This document shows, piece by piece, positions 16,530 through 30,691 of a DNA stretch of 64,000 nt. The notes under the pieces are model-generated. The model searched no databases and was not told where the DNA came from. It saw nothing but the letters and a program-made list of their open reading frames with translations. Position numbers and translations under genes: made by a program. Numbering within the stretch: position 1 is the first letter of the stretch; the number at the start of each line of letters is the position of its first letter. This DNA comes from Bigelowiella natans CCMP2755 (lineage: Eukaryota; Protista; Cercozoa): assembly GCA_000320545.1 (NCBI GenBank), contig ADNK01000048.1, positions 124,001 to 188,000 on the forward strand, read 5' to 3'.

Positions 16530-19500
16530 CTTCTCTCTTCTCTCTGATATGCTTGTGTGTATTGATGCGTGGTTGGCTTTAGGTGGAGGCTTCGATCCGT
16601 CGGTTGAGCCTGATCAGCCCATGGGACAAATGTTTGACAAGGTCCAAGCAATTACGTGAAGAACATTTATTGAATTCTCACAAAATATGGCCGGAAAATC
16701 AGGCCGATAAGGCGAAATTATTCGGAGGGGGCGCCGTTGGCCACGCGCCGATCCATCTTCAACGAGACAATGTACTTAATTTAGACTCATTAAGTGAATG
16801 TTGCAATATATACATATACATATACATAGTTGGTGGTGTGCTCGACACTCAGCGACCGTCGCGCTCTTTGCATGTTCCACCACCGTACCGCACATCTGTA
16901 ACTACTATTGTGTGAAATAGAATAAGGGCGAAACCGAGCGAGAAAGGCGGCTGAGGTAGTAGCGTAATTTTGGCTCACAGGATAGGGGAATGAATCCACT
17001 TCATTGACGCTCAAATGATTTTTGGCTTTGATTTCGCACAGGGAGAGGAGGGAACGCTTTGCGGCCCGCAATAATACAAACCTGATTAACCGGAACTTTG
17101 CGGGAGGCGGCGGCCGGGAAGCGAACCCCAGTGTAGGCGGCCCACCTGGCTTTAGTGAACGTAAAATATTAACCCGATAAAGATATAGTTGTGGGGGAGC
17201 GGGGAAGCCCTTATAATCTGCGGCATAACGATGATGTTCCTTCGCTCCCTAAATATTGCAGCGACACCAAAAGCCATAGGGATGATGCCGACAGTAGGCT
17301 CTGAGGATAAGACTCCAGTCTCCCAAAAAAGCCACTTCTCGGGCATGATGCTGGGGAACAATGCAAATCCAGGTCGGAAAGCAGCAATTCCACGGAAAAT
17401 CGAAACGCTGCGTAATCATCAACACGGATGCCGTTGGAAATATATAACAATGCTCAATAATGCAATCAGGAAATGCCAGAGATACTATGTGGGAGAGAAA
17501 ACGGAGGGCCTTTCAGGTCTGCACCTCGACGAAACTCGGACGAAAGCACAGCCATAGAGAAACAAACACATAGACGTATGACTGCATGCATACGTGGTGG
17601 ATTTAAAATTGATGCATATCATCAGGGTCGAGCTGATCGGGAGGATGATCAACCTGAAATGAACTTTAGCCCTCCTGAGGTCTACTGTCACCCCTTTTCC
17701 TGCCGTTCCCCTCATGCCTATTATCCTACTAGTTAAAGCCTTGACCGCAACTTCACAACAAAAGACTCACGGAAAGTGTTGCGATGTCCTTAGATTGCAT
17801 TGAGGAGCCCCATTCGTCCTAATGCTAGGCCTATAGAAGACGAAGAAGGGGCTGGAGGTATGGTTGGTCAAAGCGCCATTCCGACACCCAACAACAGGGT
17901 AAATTATCATTAGAAGTATATTACATATTTCCTCACTCTATGGCTTATGTGTTGGCGGTGTACATTTGCAATTATTATGTATTAGGGGTTGGGGGGTGGC
18001 CCAGCCGGTAACGAGTTCCCAATTCGGCCAAAGCCGCTCGATGTAAGCTTCCGCAAAACCATTATGATACGAGCCGCTGCTTGTAATTTGTAGGGCCTTC
18101 GGGAAAGGAATTGTATGCCAGACTTGAGGGAGATTGGGGAAGGGCATAGATGTTCATTTCATGAACCACCAAGAATATATTTATTGATTTTCTTGATGCT
18201 GTGGATAGATCAATCCCGGTAATTCCCCTGCTTGGAGGAACGGCGGTGGCGGCGTTCCAGGAGGCTTTGACGGTGGCCGCGGTGCAGCAGTGGCCGGAGC
18301 GCCGGGCGGCAACCTCCTTGCGAGTGAGCTCAGAAACGACCCACTCGTCTCTAAATTCATGCAAAATCTCCCTAGCAACAAGAACCCCACCCCGAAACGG
18401 ACGCCAGGTCTTGATTTGCTATTTTCTCCTGTCCCCACCTACATCATATTGTATGCCTATTCTCGCAGGTAACGGTGGCGGCGGCGGCGGTGGCGGTGCA
18501 TTTCCCTTCGGAGCGAGCGAAAGCTTGCAAGCAAGGCGGAAGAAGGAGAAACAAGCAGAGTGAGACGAAGACATCGACGCACATAATCGTTTTGCCCGAC
18601 AAAACAGCTCTGCTGTGTACTGCATGAAACCTTTGCTGCTGCTCGAAGCACCTCTACTGCTCCATGCATAGAGAGTGATGATGTTATGTGTAATCATATA
18701 GGTACGCCAGACAGCTACAGGATCAAATGAGAATGAAGGTACAAAGGATTTATACACACACCCAATTACCATCCCCCCCCCCCCCTTCCCCATTTAATCT
18801 CTAACAATCCGCATTGCTGTTTTCAGGAAGGGGCTGGAAATCGGAATAGAAGGTGGAGGCTCGGAGAGTATCAATGCTCACACGCACGTCGAGAGAAAGA
18901 ATGGGGTCGGGGTTTGCAGAGGGAACGATTAGAATGCAAGTTACAAATAATGCTTCCATGGCCTCCGCAGCATGTTGTCCTGCACATACCTGGAAGTGAA
19001 TCTGAACTTGATGATGAACATCTGTAAACAACAGAGGGCGATGGAATAACAACAGCAATGATGGTGGGGGGATGGGGGGCGTCTTCGGAAACCACAACAG
19101 CCATAACAACAACCCTAGCTCTCGTCCGAGGAGGAAATCGCACTATGCAGAGGAGCTTGAGCAACAAATCCAGGAGAAAGAGGAGATGAAACGACGAGAG
19201 AGAGAATCGAGAAGGCGGGTAAGGACTATAAACAAACGTGTAGATGTACGTGCCGCATTGATGCGGAAACCAGTCGGGACTTTCCACGATTTTCATAACA
19301 ATTCTGCCTTACTGAGCTACCGTCTCCTCTCAGGAGAGCGCTGGAATGTGGAAGGATAGGTGCGAGCAGTATCGGCGTCATTGTTTACGTATGATGGGCA
19401 GTGAAAATATAATAAAGATGACGATAATGAAAGTCAATGATGGTGGTGGTGATAGCGATTAGCATGAGTCCCTCTCGTTGGTCGAGTGATCCAGCTTCTA

Positions 19501-19703
19501 ATCGGTCTGTTTCCTCCTTTGCCGATTTATGATACCTATCGTCCGTTTATACCTGCAGGTTGGCAGATCCCGACCCGACTAATCCTGCGCATGCGCCACA
19601 ATTTCGCAAGGTATGGTGCCGCCCGAAAACGTAGAAGTGGGAGCGGCCACTAACCTAATAAGAGATTATCTTGGGAATCCTCTTCATTAAGAATTCCAAA
19701 TAT

Positions 19704-19745
<42 letters not shown>

Positions 19746-19941
19746 TCTCCCTTTCTCCCTTTCTCTCTTTCTCTCCTCTTTGCCATCTAGTAGTATTGAC
19801 TGGTCAGTTATCACCATCATCACTATCATTCAACATCAGAACCTTGCAGCCATGCACGGTGGGTTCGATGAGCGTGAGAGGGCCAAGCAGGAAGCAAAGC
19901 GACAGGTCTCGCACGATGCCCTGTTGAATAGCATAGTGATT

Positions 19942-19982
<41 letters not shown>

Positions 19983-22795
19983 GGAATTCAATAATTGTTG
20001 GTCAATTGTTGGTCTAAGAATGAATCACTTTTCTCTGTGCGTGTGCGTGCGCGTGTGTGTCGCTTCCAAATCTATATTGATACTGGAAGGCCTATCTACG
20101 TGACCTTGATGAACAGGTAGAATTAGAAAGAGGAAAAAGGAAACGGACAAATTTATGAAGGAGATATAGAAGAAGAGGAAGAAAAAAAAGGGCTGATATT
20201 TCTAAAAAACAAAGCTCATCTCTCAGCTATCTCGATCCCTAGCCACCTACATGCAATAAGGCTCCTCGTTTTTCCTTCTTTCCCTCCCTCCCTTATTCAC
20301 GCGCGTCAAATGTGCGATATCGTTGTAGGTGCGATTAAAGAAGGAACGGCAGCGAATGGAGCGTGACCAGGATAATAGGTGTCGAAAGAGCATGTGCCGC
20401 CTACGTCTTCATTTGATAGCAATGCTGACGACCGACTACGCTCACCAAATTTGCTGCTTCTGGCATGATTGCGATATACGTGTGTGTGTGCGTGTGTAGA
20501 AGAAGGAGGGGCATCTCGATAGAAAAGTCGGCATATTCTCCGGTCAATCGCAACTCGAGGTTCAACATAATATTAAGAGTATGATGATGACGCTTGGCTT
20601 TGTTCAACACTTCGTGCACGCCAGCTCTCTTTCTCTACTCACTGTATTTCCCTCCGCCCCCCCCGCCCCCCTCTCTATGTGAATGAAAATACAGGGACGC
20701 AGCGTCTCGAACATCGAAAGGGCGCGTATCCTGGGACAGCAAGTACACCATCTTACTAAATACACACACGAAAGTATTGTATCACATGGAAATAAATTCG
20801 CGCGCGTGCGTGTGTATGTGTATTCGTTCGTGATTTTCTTACTCAGCATTTAATAATTACTTCGAAACAGACAGCATATCCGTGAGATCACTCCCAGAGG
20901 CCAATATCCAGCCAGAGAGCAGCCCCCCCGTACGACGAACAACACAGTGGGGTTCGGGCCAGGGGCTTCCTCTCCCACGGCGGATGCGGCCAAATCTGCC
21001 AAGATGAGGCGACAGGAGCAGTATAGACGGTGATGCTTGAGTACGAGTGTATGAGCTTGAGCACTTTCCTAACTTACTTCTCTTCTTCAACAACAATTAC
21101 TGTAACAAGATGATGGTCATGGATGTGAGGAATGCAATGAGTGTGCGTATCCCCTAATATACTCCCACTCTCATTCCCCCTCCTCTGCCTCCCCCGTCTT
21201 GCTTGCTCTATCACTATCCAGAGAGCTCGAGGCTCAGATGAAACAAAAAGAATCAAAGAAGCGTCGAGAGTTAGAGAACCGGAGACGGGAGAAAATGGAG
21301 GAGGTCCCTGGCGCATGCTCTTTCTGTGTTGCTTTGTTATGGAGATTGCTTATTGTTGTGATGGAGATCGCACAGCTGTTGTTATAGCCTTCTCTTCCAT
21401 TTTATACCCCTCCCCTATTGTTAAGGCGAACATGGTGTATGATCCTTGGGGCAAAGGAGGGGGAGGAGCTCCGCACCGGTGAGAAAGTTAAGGGCCATGG
21501 ACCCATTACAGTCATTGCGTGACGATAACAGATGCACACGCTATTGTGTATTCCTCCGTGCACTAATTTTTCTACAAGCTTTTTGAAACGCCTCCTTCCC
21601 CCTCCTTCTAGCGCCTGCCGTAGTGAATCCTACCGAGGGGACAAGAGAGGGAAATTATAAATAAAATTGAAAGTTTCGTATCAGGCATATTTAACTCCTT
21701 GCTGACCAGTAGCTGATTGGTTGTTGATCTCAGTGATTCGTCGGGAGCAATCGTGACTAACATGCGCCAAGCGAAACGGTGCGCAGTAACGTGTAGAGGG
21801 AGAGAAAGAGAGAAAGAAAACAAGAAAGGAAAGGAATGTGGCCGTGTATGTGTTTGTGTGTGTTTATGTGTGCGCGCGCGCGCGTGTGCTTGTGTACTCT
21901 GTCTGATATCAACGCAATGCCTTATGAGTTTTCATAATATCGGCGTGATTTTCCCGTTTACAGCGATCGTAAGATTGAGATTCAGAGGAGGTCTTTCGAG
22001 TTGGTAAGCTAATTCTTGAGCTCCGAATACACACACACACACACACACGCACGCACGCACGCACGCACGCACTCACTCTCAAACACAGAAATATAATCGA
22101 TCATAGATATATTTTCTGAAGAGCATCACGTGCGCGCCGCGTATGTATTTTTCTCAGTCAATACACCAATTGTTGTCGTCATTATTCGGGATTTTGTCTC
22201 CGGAACTATTATTTCATCATATGATACTTGACTTGACGTTGCCAGGAAAGCAACTCCCCGGTGCGCGGCGGTGGTCAGCAGAACTATTTCTCACAGCCGC
22301 GTGCACATGACTCCCCCGTGCGACCGCGCGCTCAAGACGAAGGGCGCTTTCGTAAGTATTTGCACTTCCCTGAACAAAAATAGGAGACACTTTCACCAAC
22401 TTTTGGGCATGCAATTCTCCGTCTTACTCCCCTCCCGTCCATATCTCATTCTCAAACGTCTTTTCTAAGATGATGCCGGCGGCGGCGGGGATTTTGGTAT
22501 TGGAGCTGCCCGCGGTGGTCTCGGGGGTGACGACAGAGGCGCTGTGAACAACAGAAGGCACGGTCGAGGTCTTGCAGACTTAGGGGGCGGCGGGCGTGAT
22601 TCAGCTGCGTTGGCAAGGAGGAGGAAATATTGCGATGTAAGTTTTCTCATTTCTCCCCCGTCCTTTCTCTATCAGTCTGTATGGGGGTGGGTGGGGATAC
22701 ACGATCAATACTGATCAAACAACTAATATCAGGAGCTCGCGCAGCAGATCAAAGAGAAGGTATGGCATGTGATATGTCAAAGAGCGAGGAGAGGG

Positions 22796-22832
<37 letters not shown>

Positions 22833-24567
22833 AAAGAAGACAGTAATGGTCCAGGAGGAAAAGGAGCATGGCACTTCGATATATTTTGAGATTATTCTGC
22901 TCTGCTGCAGGAGGAACGAAAGAGGCGTGAGAAGGAGAAGAAACGGCTCGAGGATGAAAGGGTATGCAGAACATCAAATATGATAGTTGTACGAGAAAGT
23001 TCTCACTTTTTGATACAAATCTTATTATTCATGAATATTGGTGGCATGGCTTGATTTGTGGCTTTTTACTTCTTTGTGCTTCGCCGACGACGGCAGGATG
23101 AGCGCAATGTCCGCGAGTACATTCCATACGGGGGCCAGAAAAAGGTGTGTTGTCTTTAACTAAAGCGCTATAAACCCGAGGGAGGCAAGCTCATTGAAAA
23201 GGGAGAAACAGAATCGTCTCTGTTTCAATGGGATAATAGCATATTATACTATAAATGCCTCTTTGTAAGCATGGTGAGGATATTGCACTTGAATTAAATT
23301 CTCCTTTCGGTTGCCGGCATCAATGTTTCAACAAGAATGTTTCAATGTGTTAAGTTCTTCGCAAATTATTGAGTGCGAGGAGGAGGAGGAGGAGGAGGAG
23401 GAGGAGAGCACTATTTACCAACGCTTTTGACATAAATTATTGCTTATGATGAGGTGGTGTTGCATGCAGGGTTCGAATGGCAGACGAGATCCCAACCAGA
23501 CCGCCTCAAGTAAGTGCAATAGAGGAAAATTTGGCATAGGAAAAGAGCTGCATTGACGCTCGAAACGCCAAAGCTGTGGCTGCTCTCGCCGCATACATAG
23601 AGACAGCATCAACTTTGTAGTATCTTGACGATTTTATGCTGTCTACGGCTGCTGCAGGTATGGAGGGTAATCAACGCCGCGGAGGGGGAGTTTTACCCGG
23701 AAATTTACCGAAAGATCCGCGGCCAAGTCAGCGGGACAACAGTATGTTAAACATAGGCGGCGGCGAAGCGGAGCAGGTTGTAGTTAGTAAATTTACAAAG
23801 ATGGTTCACTCTCTGTCCTATCCCGTGTGTATTTCGTGTCCTTCGAGACTGGTGTTTATGAGGAGCTTTCTGGCTGTGTCGTTGCATTCCTTTCTAGCGC
23901 TCCTCTTCTTCTGCTGTAAAACGCAAAATATGGAAAGCTTGGGTGCGACTTATTTTCATCATGCGCGATCTAGGGCAGCAGATGATCGTCGGCGTATTCT
24001 GCTGCTTCTTCGCCCTTTTCTTTTTGTGATGGAACCTGTTGCTTGGAAGTTTACTTTTCATTTTCTTCCCATCCGCTCTTGATGCGAGAGCAGAATCGTA
24101 GGGTTCAACAGCAGTTGGCTTATCGTGAGGAGCTCAAGCGCCAAGCGGACGACGCGAAGAGGAGGAAAAAGGTGGAGAACATATTTCGATACTAAAGTCC
24201 TGTAAAGTTGTTTCTCCTCCTCGTAAATGCACACGTTATCCATCGGTCTAGGTCCTCGCGGTGTACATTGAACCACAAACAAGAGCAGACAATGTGCTGA
24301 TATATGTTCATTATATGGGGATATTCACAGGAGGCAGAAGAAAGGCGAAAGAGGGAGGATGAAGCTTTAGAAGTGAGTAGACCTGGCTATACAGATGGAT
24401 ATGCTGACAGGCTTGTTTGAGAGTGCGTGTTGGCCCCTCCTAATCAACTAAAATTTACGTGTAGGCAAAGATAAAACGGGATCTTCGAGGAGGGGGAGAG
24501 ACGAAGCTAAGGGGGAGGTGCAAACTGATGTGAAGTGGTTATTGGCATGTACTGCTTTTTCTTCTAT

Positions 24568-24609
<42 letters not shown>

Positions 24610-27600
24610 TGCATTTTCAATATCTCCACCAATGCCGCATAGGAGTCTTGTGTGAAAGGTTGTCTCTCCCCCTCAAGTTGCCCTTTTACTCCTTCCAGAT
24701 CCAGCTTCGGAGGAGATGCAGCAAACGCAAAACATAACGGCGGCCCCTCTAACAACGTTAGCCCCAAGATGTCGAACAAAAAGGACCTTTTCGGTGGCAC
24801 GGTGGATGCCAGCAATGTCCCCCCAGGCCTTGATGGAAATGATAACAACACCATGGGAGGGCTAGCGGGCGATGGGCCTATAATTCCTAATGCAAACCCC
24901 ATTGTAGGCGAGGTGAACCAGAACTTGGAAGGTAGTAGAAAAGGAAATAGCAGTGAATGAAATGACATATACCATAAAATATTCGCATAATAGGACTCCG
25001 ATAAGTTTAACTGTATGCTAAATAATTTTGCCTGCGACAAATCCTGTTGCGAGCACGAGTGCATCAGCTCAAATGGGTGTTTTTACATTCTTCTCACCGT
25101 TGTCGTCGTCGTTGTCGCCGTTGTCGCCATCCTCCTCAAATTAGGAATGGAAGCTGGCTTTGGTCGCATGGGAATGGGTCCGATGGGAATACCTGGCGAG
25201 GGAGGGCCAGTAGGTGTGAAATATGTTACCAGTTTGTAGCTACTCCCTCCCGCTCCCTTTCTCCCCCCCCTCCACCCCCCTCTCTCTCTCTCTGCGCTAT
25301 CTTACAAATACTACCACACATATTGCTTCTACAATATGTTTACAGCAGGCATGGGGGGAATGGGAGGTATGATGGGCGGCGGCGGCGCCGGGATGATGGG
25401 CGGGTTGGGAGGGCTGAACATGGTGCTTCAAGAGGTGAAAGCAATGAAACAGGAGCAGATCGCCACCAACCAGCTCCTGCAGAGACAGGCCATGGATAAG
25501 CTGCAGAAGGAGGCAGAGGAAGCGAAGAAAGAGACTGAAAAGGCCAAGGAGGAGCTACGTAAGATTCGAGAGCAGATCCAAGAGAAGAAACAGGCCCCGA
25601 CACCTAAAGCGTCGGATCCCTCCCAGGACACATTTGGGTCGGCAGTGCGTGGGTTGAGGCGACGGCGTATTTCCAGCCGCCCAACAACTGCTGCGCACCT
25701 GGAACAGGAGCAGCACCATCACAACCTACCATTGCCCGAGGGGCTTCAATTAAGGCAAAGTGTTGCGATGCAGCTGGGCGTTCTGAAGGATCTAAACATC
25801 CGACTCGACGAGAGTGTTATGGTAGACGGCAAGAAGTCCCTCGGTCGCGGCGCAAGGGAAGAAAGAGGACTGAGGCTATCGCGAAAGAAAAAGCCGATGG
25901 ACGCCCTTGACTTGGAGTTGCACCGGCTCAGTAATAAGTCTCCAAAGCTGCTCGGTCCACAGAGCTCTCGCCTTCACACTGCGAACAGTAGAGGGACAGG
26001 CAACTACAAGAATAAGATGAAGGATAACAGGCCGTGGAGTCAGGAAACGTAATATCCTAAAGATTTACTTCTCCCCGCTCTACTTTTCCGTTTATGTTAC
26101 TATTTTTATGCATAAACATTTCAACGAAGGAGATCAGTATGCATCTCCTCGCTCTCTTTCCCTCTTTCTCCTCTTCCTAATTGCAATCACGAACAGGTAC
26201 TCGGACTTCTCAAAGAGTATAAGGGGCGGCAAATATCCCGTGCTAGTCTCTACGGCGTCTCGCTTGATGGAGAGTCTCACACCGAAGACCAGGAAGTCGA
26301 TGATGTTGGATAAATCAATGAAGGGCATATCTGAGCTGGTGCCGTTCGAAGATGATGGTTCCATTATGCACTCATCGCTTCGGAGCCAAACAAAAGAAAT
26401 GACAAAGGTGCACAAGAGCAATTATTTGTTGGGCTTGCCCTTTGAGCAGCCTGTGCTTCTTCTAAGAGCCTGTGCTTATTTCAAGAATATTGTCGGATTT
26501 ATTTAAGACTACCCATGGATTTTCAATGGAACCCATAGTGCTGATGACAGATAGGCGTCTGTCGTAGAACATATGAATGATTCGTTGTGATCTCAAAAAT
26601 CAATCTTTACATTCCAAATCTACTGGGTTCAATAGAATTTCTACCAGAGATCTGATGTAGTCTTAATCATCGTTTTCTTCTTCTTCTTCTTCTTCTTCTT
26701 CTTCTTTGTCGTCGGTGTCGTCGTCGTTGTCGTCATTTCTTTTCTGGCAGGTTCTAAAATCGTTGCAAGGTCGCAGCGAGTTCGTATATCCGGAGGAGTC
26801 GGAGCTGTCGATGATGGATGCTTCGGTTCTCGGCCACGACGGCACTCGCGCTGGCAGGATGCCAGAGAGCAAGATAGATGAGGACCAAACGACGCCGGTC
26901 ACACCTGAAACAGAATTTCATGTACAGCGTCCAACCGACGCAACACCGCGAGCGGCAGCGGCGGGGCCAGGGACGGGGGCGAGGGCAGGGGCGGGGTTGA
27001 CGAATCATAATGAGCAAAGAAGTAGCAGAAGGCAACCTCCGCGGAGAAACGACAGACCACCCTCAGAAGGCAATCCTTCCTTGATTAACAAGCCTATGAC
27101 ACCTTCTGCAGTCGGGGAACCTTCCCGGGTGGGAACGCCTTCAACGCTGCTGGGTCCGGATATTGACATCGATCGGCTAATGCCGTCGCTGGAGGACAAG
27201 CTAAGGAAGTTGGAAGAGGCGGACAAAGTGCAGCAACAACCGGGTGAGCTGCAACGAACCAACAGCCAGCAGAAAGCTGATGCGAGGGACATGATAGCAA
27301 AGTTTCTTCAAAAGGATAAGCCACACAGACCAAATTCTAGATACGATGCCAAGCAATCGGTGACATCGGTTAATCTTTCTGTTGCTCCGACCCCGACGCG
27401 CCTGAGATCCAACAACGACGTCCCCAACCTGGCAGGTGAGTCGAGGTGGGTAAATGCAAGCGTCATGGGATCTACAAATACGAATCCGACCTTTATGGAA
27501 GACAGCACGGGTGGGGGTCTAATAAGCGAAAGTCACTACGATAATAATCCCCACCGTTTAGATAATGTTAAAAACGGCGGAGGCGATACGCATGAAGAGG

Positions 27601-27662
27601 ACCCCAACGATTTAATCGACAGCCTTGGAAGCTACAATCCTCCTGACGACCTTTATAAATAA
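15443..27662 (+). CDS. CSPP1: Centrosome and spindle pole-associated protein 1-like coiled-coil protein (many exons; start approximate)
   Basis: Signature YDPWGKGGGGAPHR|DSSGAIVTNMRQ (21438-21778). Repeated coiled-coil units such as YAEELEQQIQEKEEMKRRERE and QMKQKESKKRRELE. Gly/Met-rich linker. C-terminal DIDRLMPSLEDKLRKLEE. Consecutive exons phase correctly to the stop at 27662. Confidence 0.75.
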
Positions 27663-28025
27663 TTGCTATTGTTTTATTATTACATCGTTACCTACCAGTC
27701 AAGTTACCAAGTTTTGCTGGCACCATGCATACACGCATGTGTATCATATTTACAGGGGCACAATAGACTATAGATGTACGTGCGCTGCGCATTCATTATG
27801 CTAATTTTAGTTTTATAGAAGAAGCTTGAACAACCTATTGCCGTTACATCCAACAGCTCACCATGCCACATTCTAGCACTGCCTGACTATGCGATGATAG
27901 CCGATGATAGCCTTGATAGCACCAAGGGATTATTCTAGCGGAGATTTGAGGGTGTAAAAATTAGAGACTCGCCGGGGTGCAAGAGCAAACTAAATCAAAG
28001 CAAAATGCAGAAAATCGTTCGCGCG

Positions 28026-28057
28026 AGGGTGCAAGTGTTGGCAACCATTTGCACCCT
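28026..28057. repeat. Inverted repeat / hairpin
   Basis: AGGGTGCAAGTG-ttggcaac-CATTTGCACCCT: 12-bp stem with one G-T pair. Confidence 0.7.
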
Positions 28058-28869
28058 TGGAATCCCTGCAGCACACACCAATGAGCGCAAAGTCCATGTC
28101 CAGCGCAGCGAGTGATGTGCTGACACAAGTCACAAACTGACGGCCTCGACTGTCTACTGCTGGTCTAGCTAGCTAGCTAGCTGTGCGCACACGTGCGCAT
28201 CCACTCGATGAATCCAGGCCGGCCGCAACATGCGATGTGCCACGTGCCACGTCATGTGACACATGCGCCCGCCGCCATATGTCGTCCATGCACTGTGACA
28301 ACAAGATGAAATGCGAGGGACATTGATGACACATGATGCCTTCACACGCGCACATGGCATGCTAGCGCATGCACAAAAGATTCAATGGCGGAAAACGAAC
28401 AGTTGCATTGCAGCATGGGCACTGTCGTAAACCGCGCGTGGCATTGCACATTAACGTTAGGATGATAATTGAAGGTATTTAATTAACCAATTACATCCGT
28501 CTTAATTAATGCACGATGCAATGATGGAAGTGCATAGCTACTTCGCTATCGATCGCATGCACGCGCGGGCGGGCGTGTCTATGCTGTTGACATCATGCCA
28601 AGCACTCATTACGTCGGCAGCCAGGCAAAATGGTGTGCTCGCGTGGCAATGCTATGGCAATGCGTGTATATTGAGTGTTTTTGGTGCTCGAATTATTCTT
28701 GATCCACCTCTGTGGATGTTCATCGCATTGCATGCTTACTATTCTATTTACATTCCACTCTTTCCTTCGTATTAGACTATTGATACCTCGATGTACTGGG
28801 GAAATATGTAGGGAAACTGCACACACATACCAATATTCTAACATTGACATTGAGCTATAATTGCAAGTA

Positions 28870-30660
28870 ACAGTTCTCTTCAAGCAGCCAAAAGAAACAA
28901 GCCCGCGATCAGGAAACCGAACAAAATTCTTGGCAAACGGTATTTTGCGCCAATGATTCCTTTAAAGCTCTTGTGGTTAGATATTTCTTCGAACTTATAT
29001 CAAAGTTCTCCAGTTGCTACGCCGATGGAAAACATAAATCATTTGGAAATGATCAATTCTGCCTTGTGACATGTATCAGTCGTATCGCATACTCATAGGA
29101 CCGTGAAGATAGGTTTTTATGTGTTCGTATAGCACCAATCAATCCCCCTCTCTCCTTCTTAAGCCAAGCTACCCAATCTCAACGAGGAAAAATGAAAAGA
29201 TAAGTCTGTTGTGTGTTTGTACTGTGGTCTTCAAAATACTTTTTTCAGCGATTCTTTTGATTTGAAGCTCTTTTTCCCTCGCAGCATGAGAACAGGGGCT
29301 ATTTCAATATCTGTTGATGAAAAAAATCAAGTTTTTATTTTCTCGTGCAAATATGTTATGCACATACGCATACATAAACACAGACTTAGAAACACACACA
29401 CACGCACACACACCCACACACACGTACGCAACACACAAATAAAGTGAAAAACACATATATGCTATTGTACGTGTTATATAGGTGTGCGAGAAGTTGTTCG
29501 GTATGCAACAAAAGTCGTTTAGACACCGTAAACTCCGGGGGATATTTCCTCTTCCAGATTGCAGGGCATAAGCTCCAGAGTCCTAAATAAAAGGTAGCAA
29601 CAGGGAATGAACATCAATTGTAATAAGTACTTCCCAAATCGTCGGTATCGAGGAGCGCTGGACTAGATATATCACTTTCTTCCTTTCGGAATTGTCAGCA
29701 ACATCGGTTGCAATCTCGCCCTGTGACACGACTTTGTAGTTATACCGCTCGATCAGATACCACTAGTGTATCTGATACGTACGCTCTCTCTTCATATACA
29801 TAAACTACTCTTGATGCTATGTTTGGAAAATTGGAGGGAGTTACGATTCGGTCTTGAAGAGCATAAGCACCGGCATTATGTATTCCCTATCGCCTCGTTT
29901 CCACCGCACCAAGCCAGCTTTCAAGGCAAATTCATTTGAACGATGGGAAAACACAATATTTCTTCGGTGAAATCTATGATGGCAGGGTTGATGATGGTGC
30001 AGAATGAAAGCTGTTACATGTAGCTTATGGTGATATTTACCGGAAACAAAATTCACGAGGTCTTTACGCTCGAAGCCCCTCGTAATGCGAGCTATGTGCG
30101 ATATTATGGAATGTATTTTAAAAGTAAGGCACAGCTATGACTGAAGGTGCCTTTAAATGGACGAGATATGTAAGACCACTATATCGTTAGCATGCATATA
30201 TATGACCCTAGAACTGATTAAATATCTTCAATTTTTTCTTCCTTTTCATTCTCTTTTCATACTGACAATGCGCGATTTACGCACCAAGAATCGTCCGGAT
30301 GCCGATATCTTGCATCAGGAGTGTCCCGTCGAATGTTGTTACCTGAGAAAGGATAAGAATGATGAGGGAAGAGGAAAGGAGGATATGATGTGTAAAGAGC
30401 AATGACGAAACAATTGTGGATCGGTGATCGATATGATGTTACTTTCGCCGGAAGGAATACGGCCTCCATTCTATACTTCGAGCAAGTGTCCCTCAGCACG
30501 GATGGCTCATCTCTGTACAGAATAATTGGAAGGCAGATAAATGGTGATAATGAGCAGGTAATATATCATAATATTCGACGTTAAGACCTAGCCATCGAAG
30601 CGGTTTTTTGAAGCTTCCTGTCCAGATTGATTTGCTTACCCCTGACAAGAAAACGCTCGA
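28870..30660 (-). CDS. Hypothetical multi-exon coding region downstream of, and possibly spliced to, the FLZ finger
   Basis: Minus-strand pyrimidine-rich acceptors and GT donors flank open segments such as DEPSVLRDTCSKYRMEAVFLPAK|VTTFDGTLLMQDIGIRTIL|ARITRGFERKDLVNFVS and EESDISSPALLDTDDLG|RLWSLCPAIWKRKYPPEF. I could not resolve one consistent model and recognise no domain. Confidence 0.35.
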
Positions 30661-30691
30661 CTGAGATATCCTTATCGTAAATTAAAGGACT

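Noticed and set aside
30020-30584. Plus-strand peptides vaguely like discoidin or BAH domains
   Set aside because: Splice signals and pyrimidine tracts favour the minus strand, and no consistent plus-strand exon chain exists.
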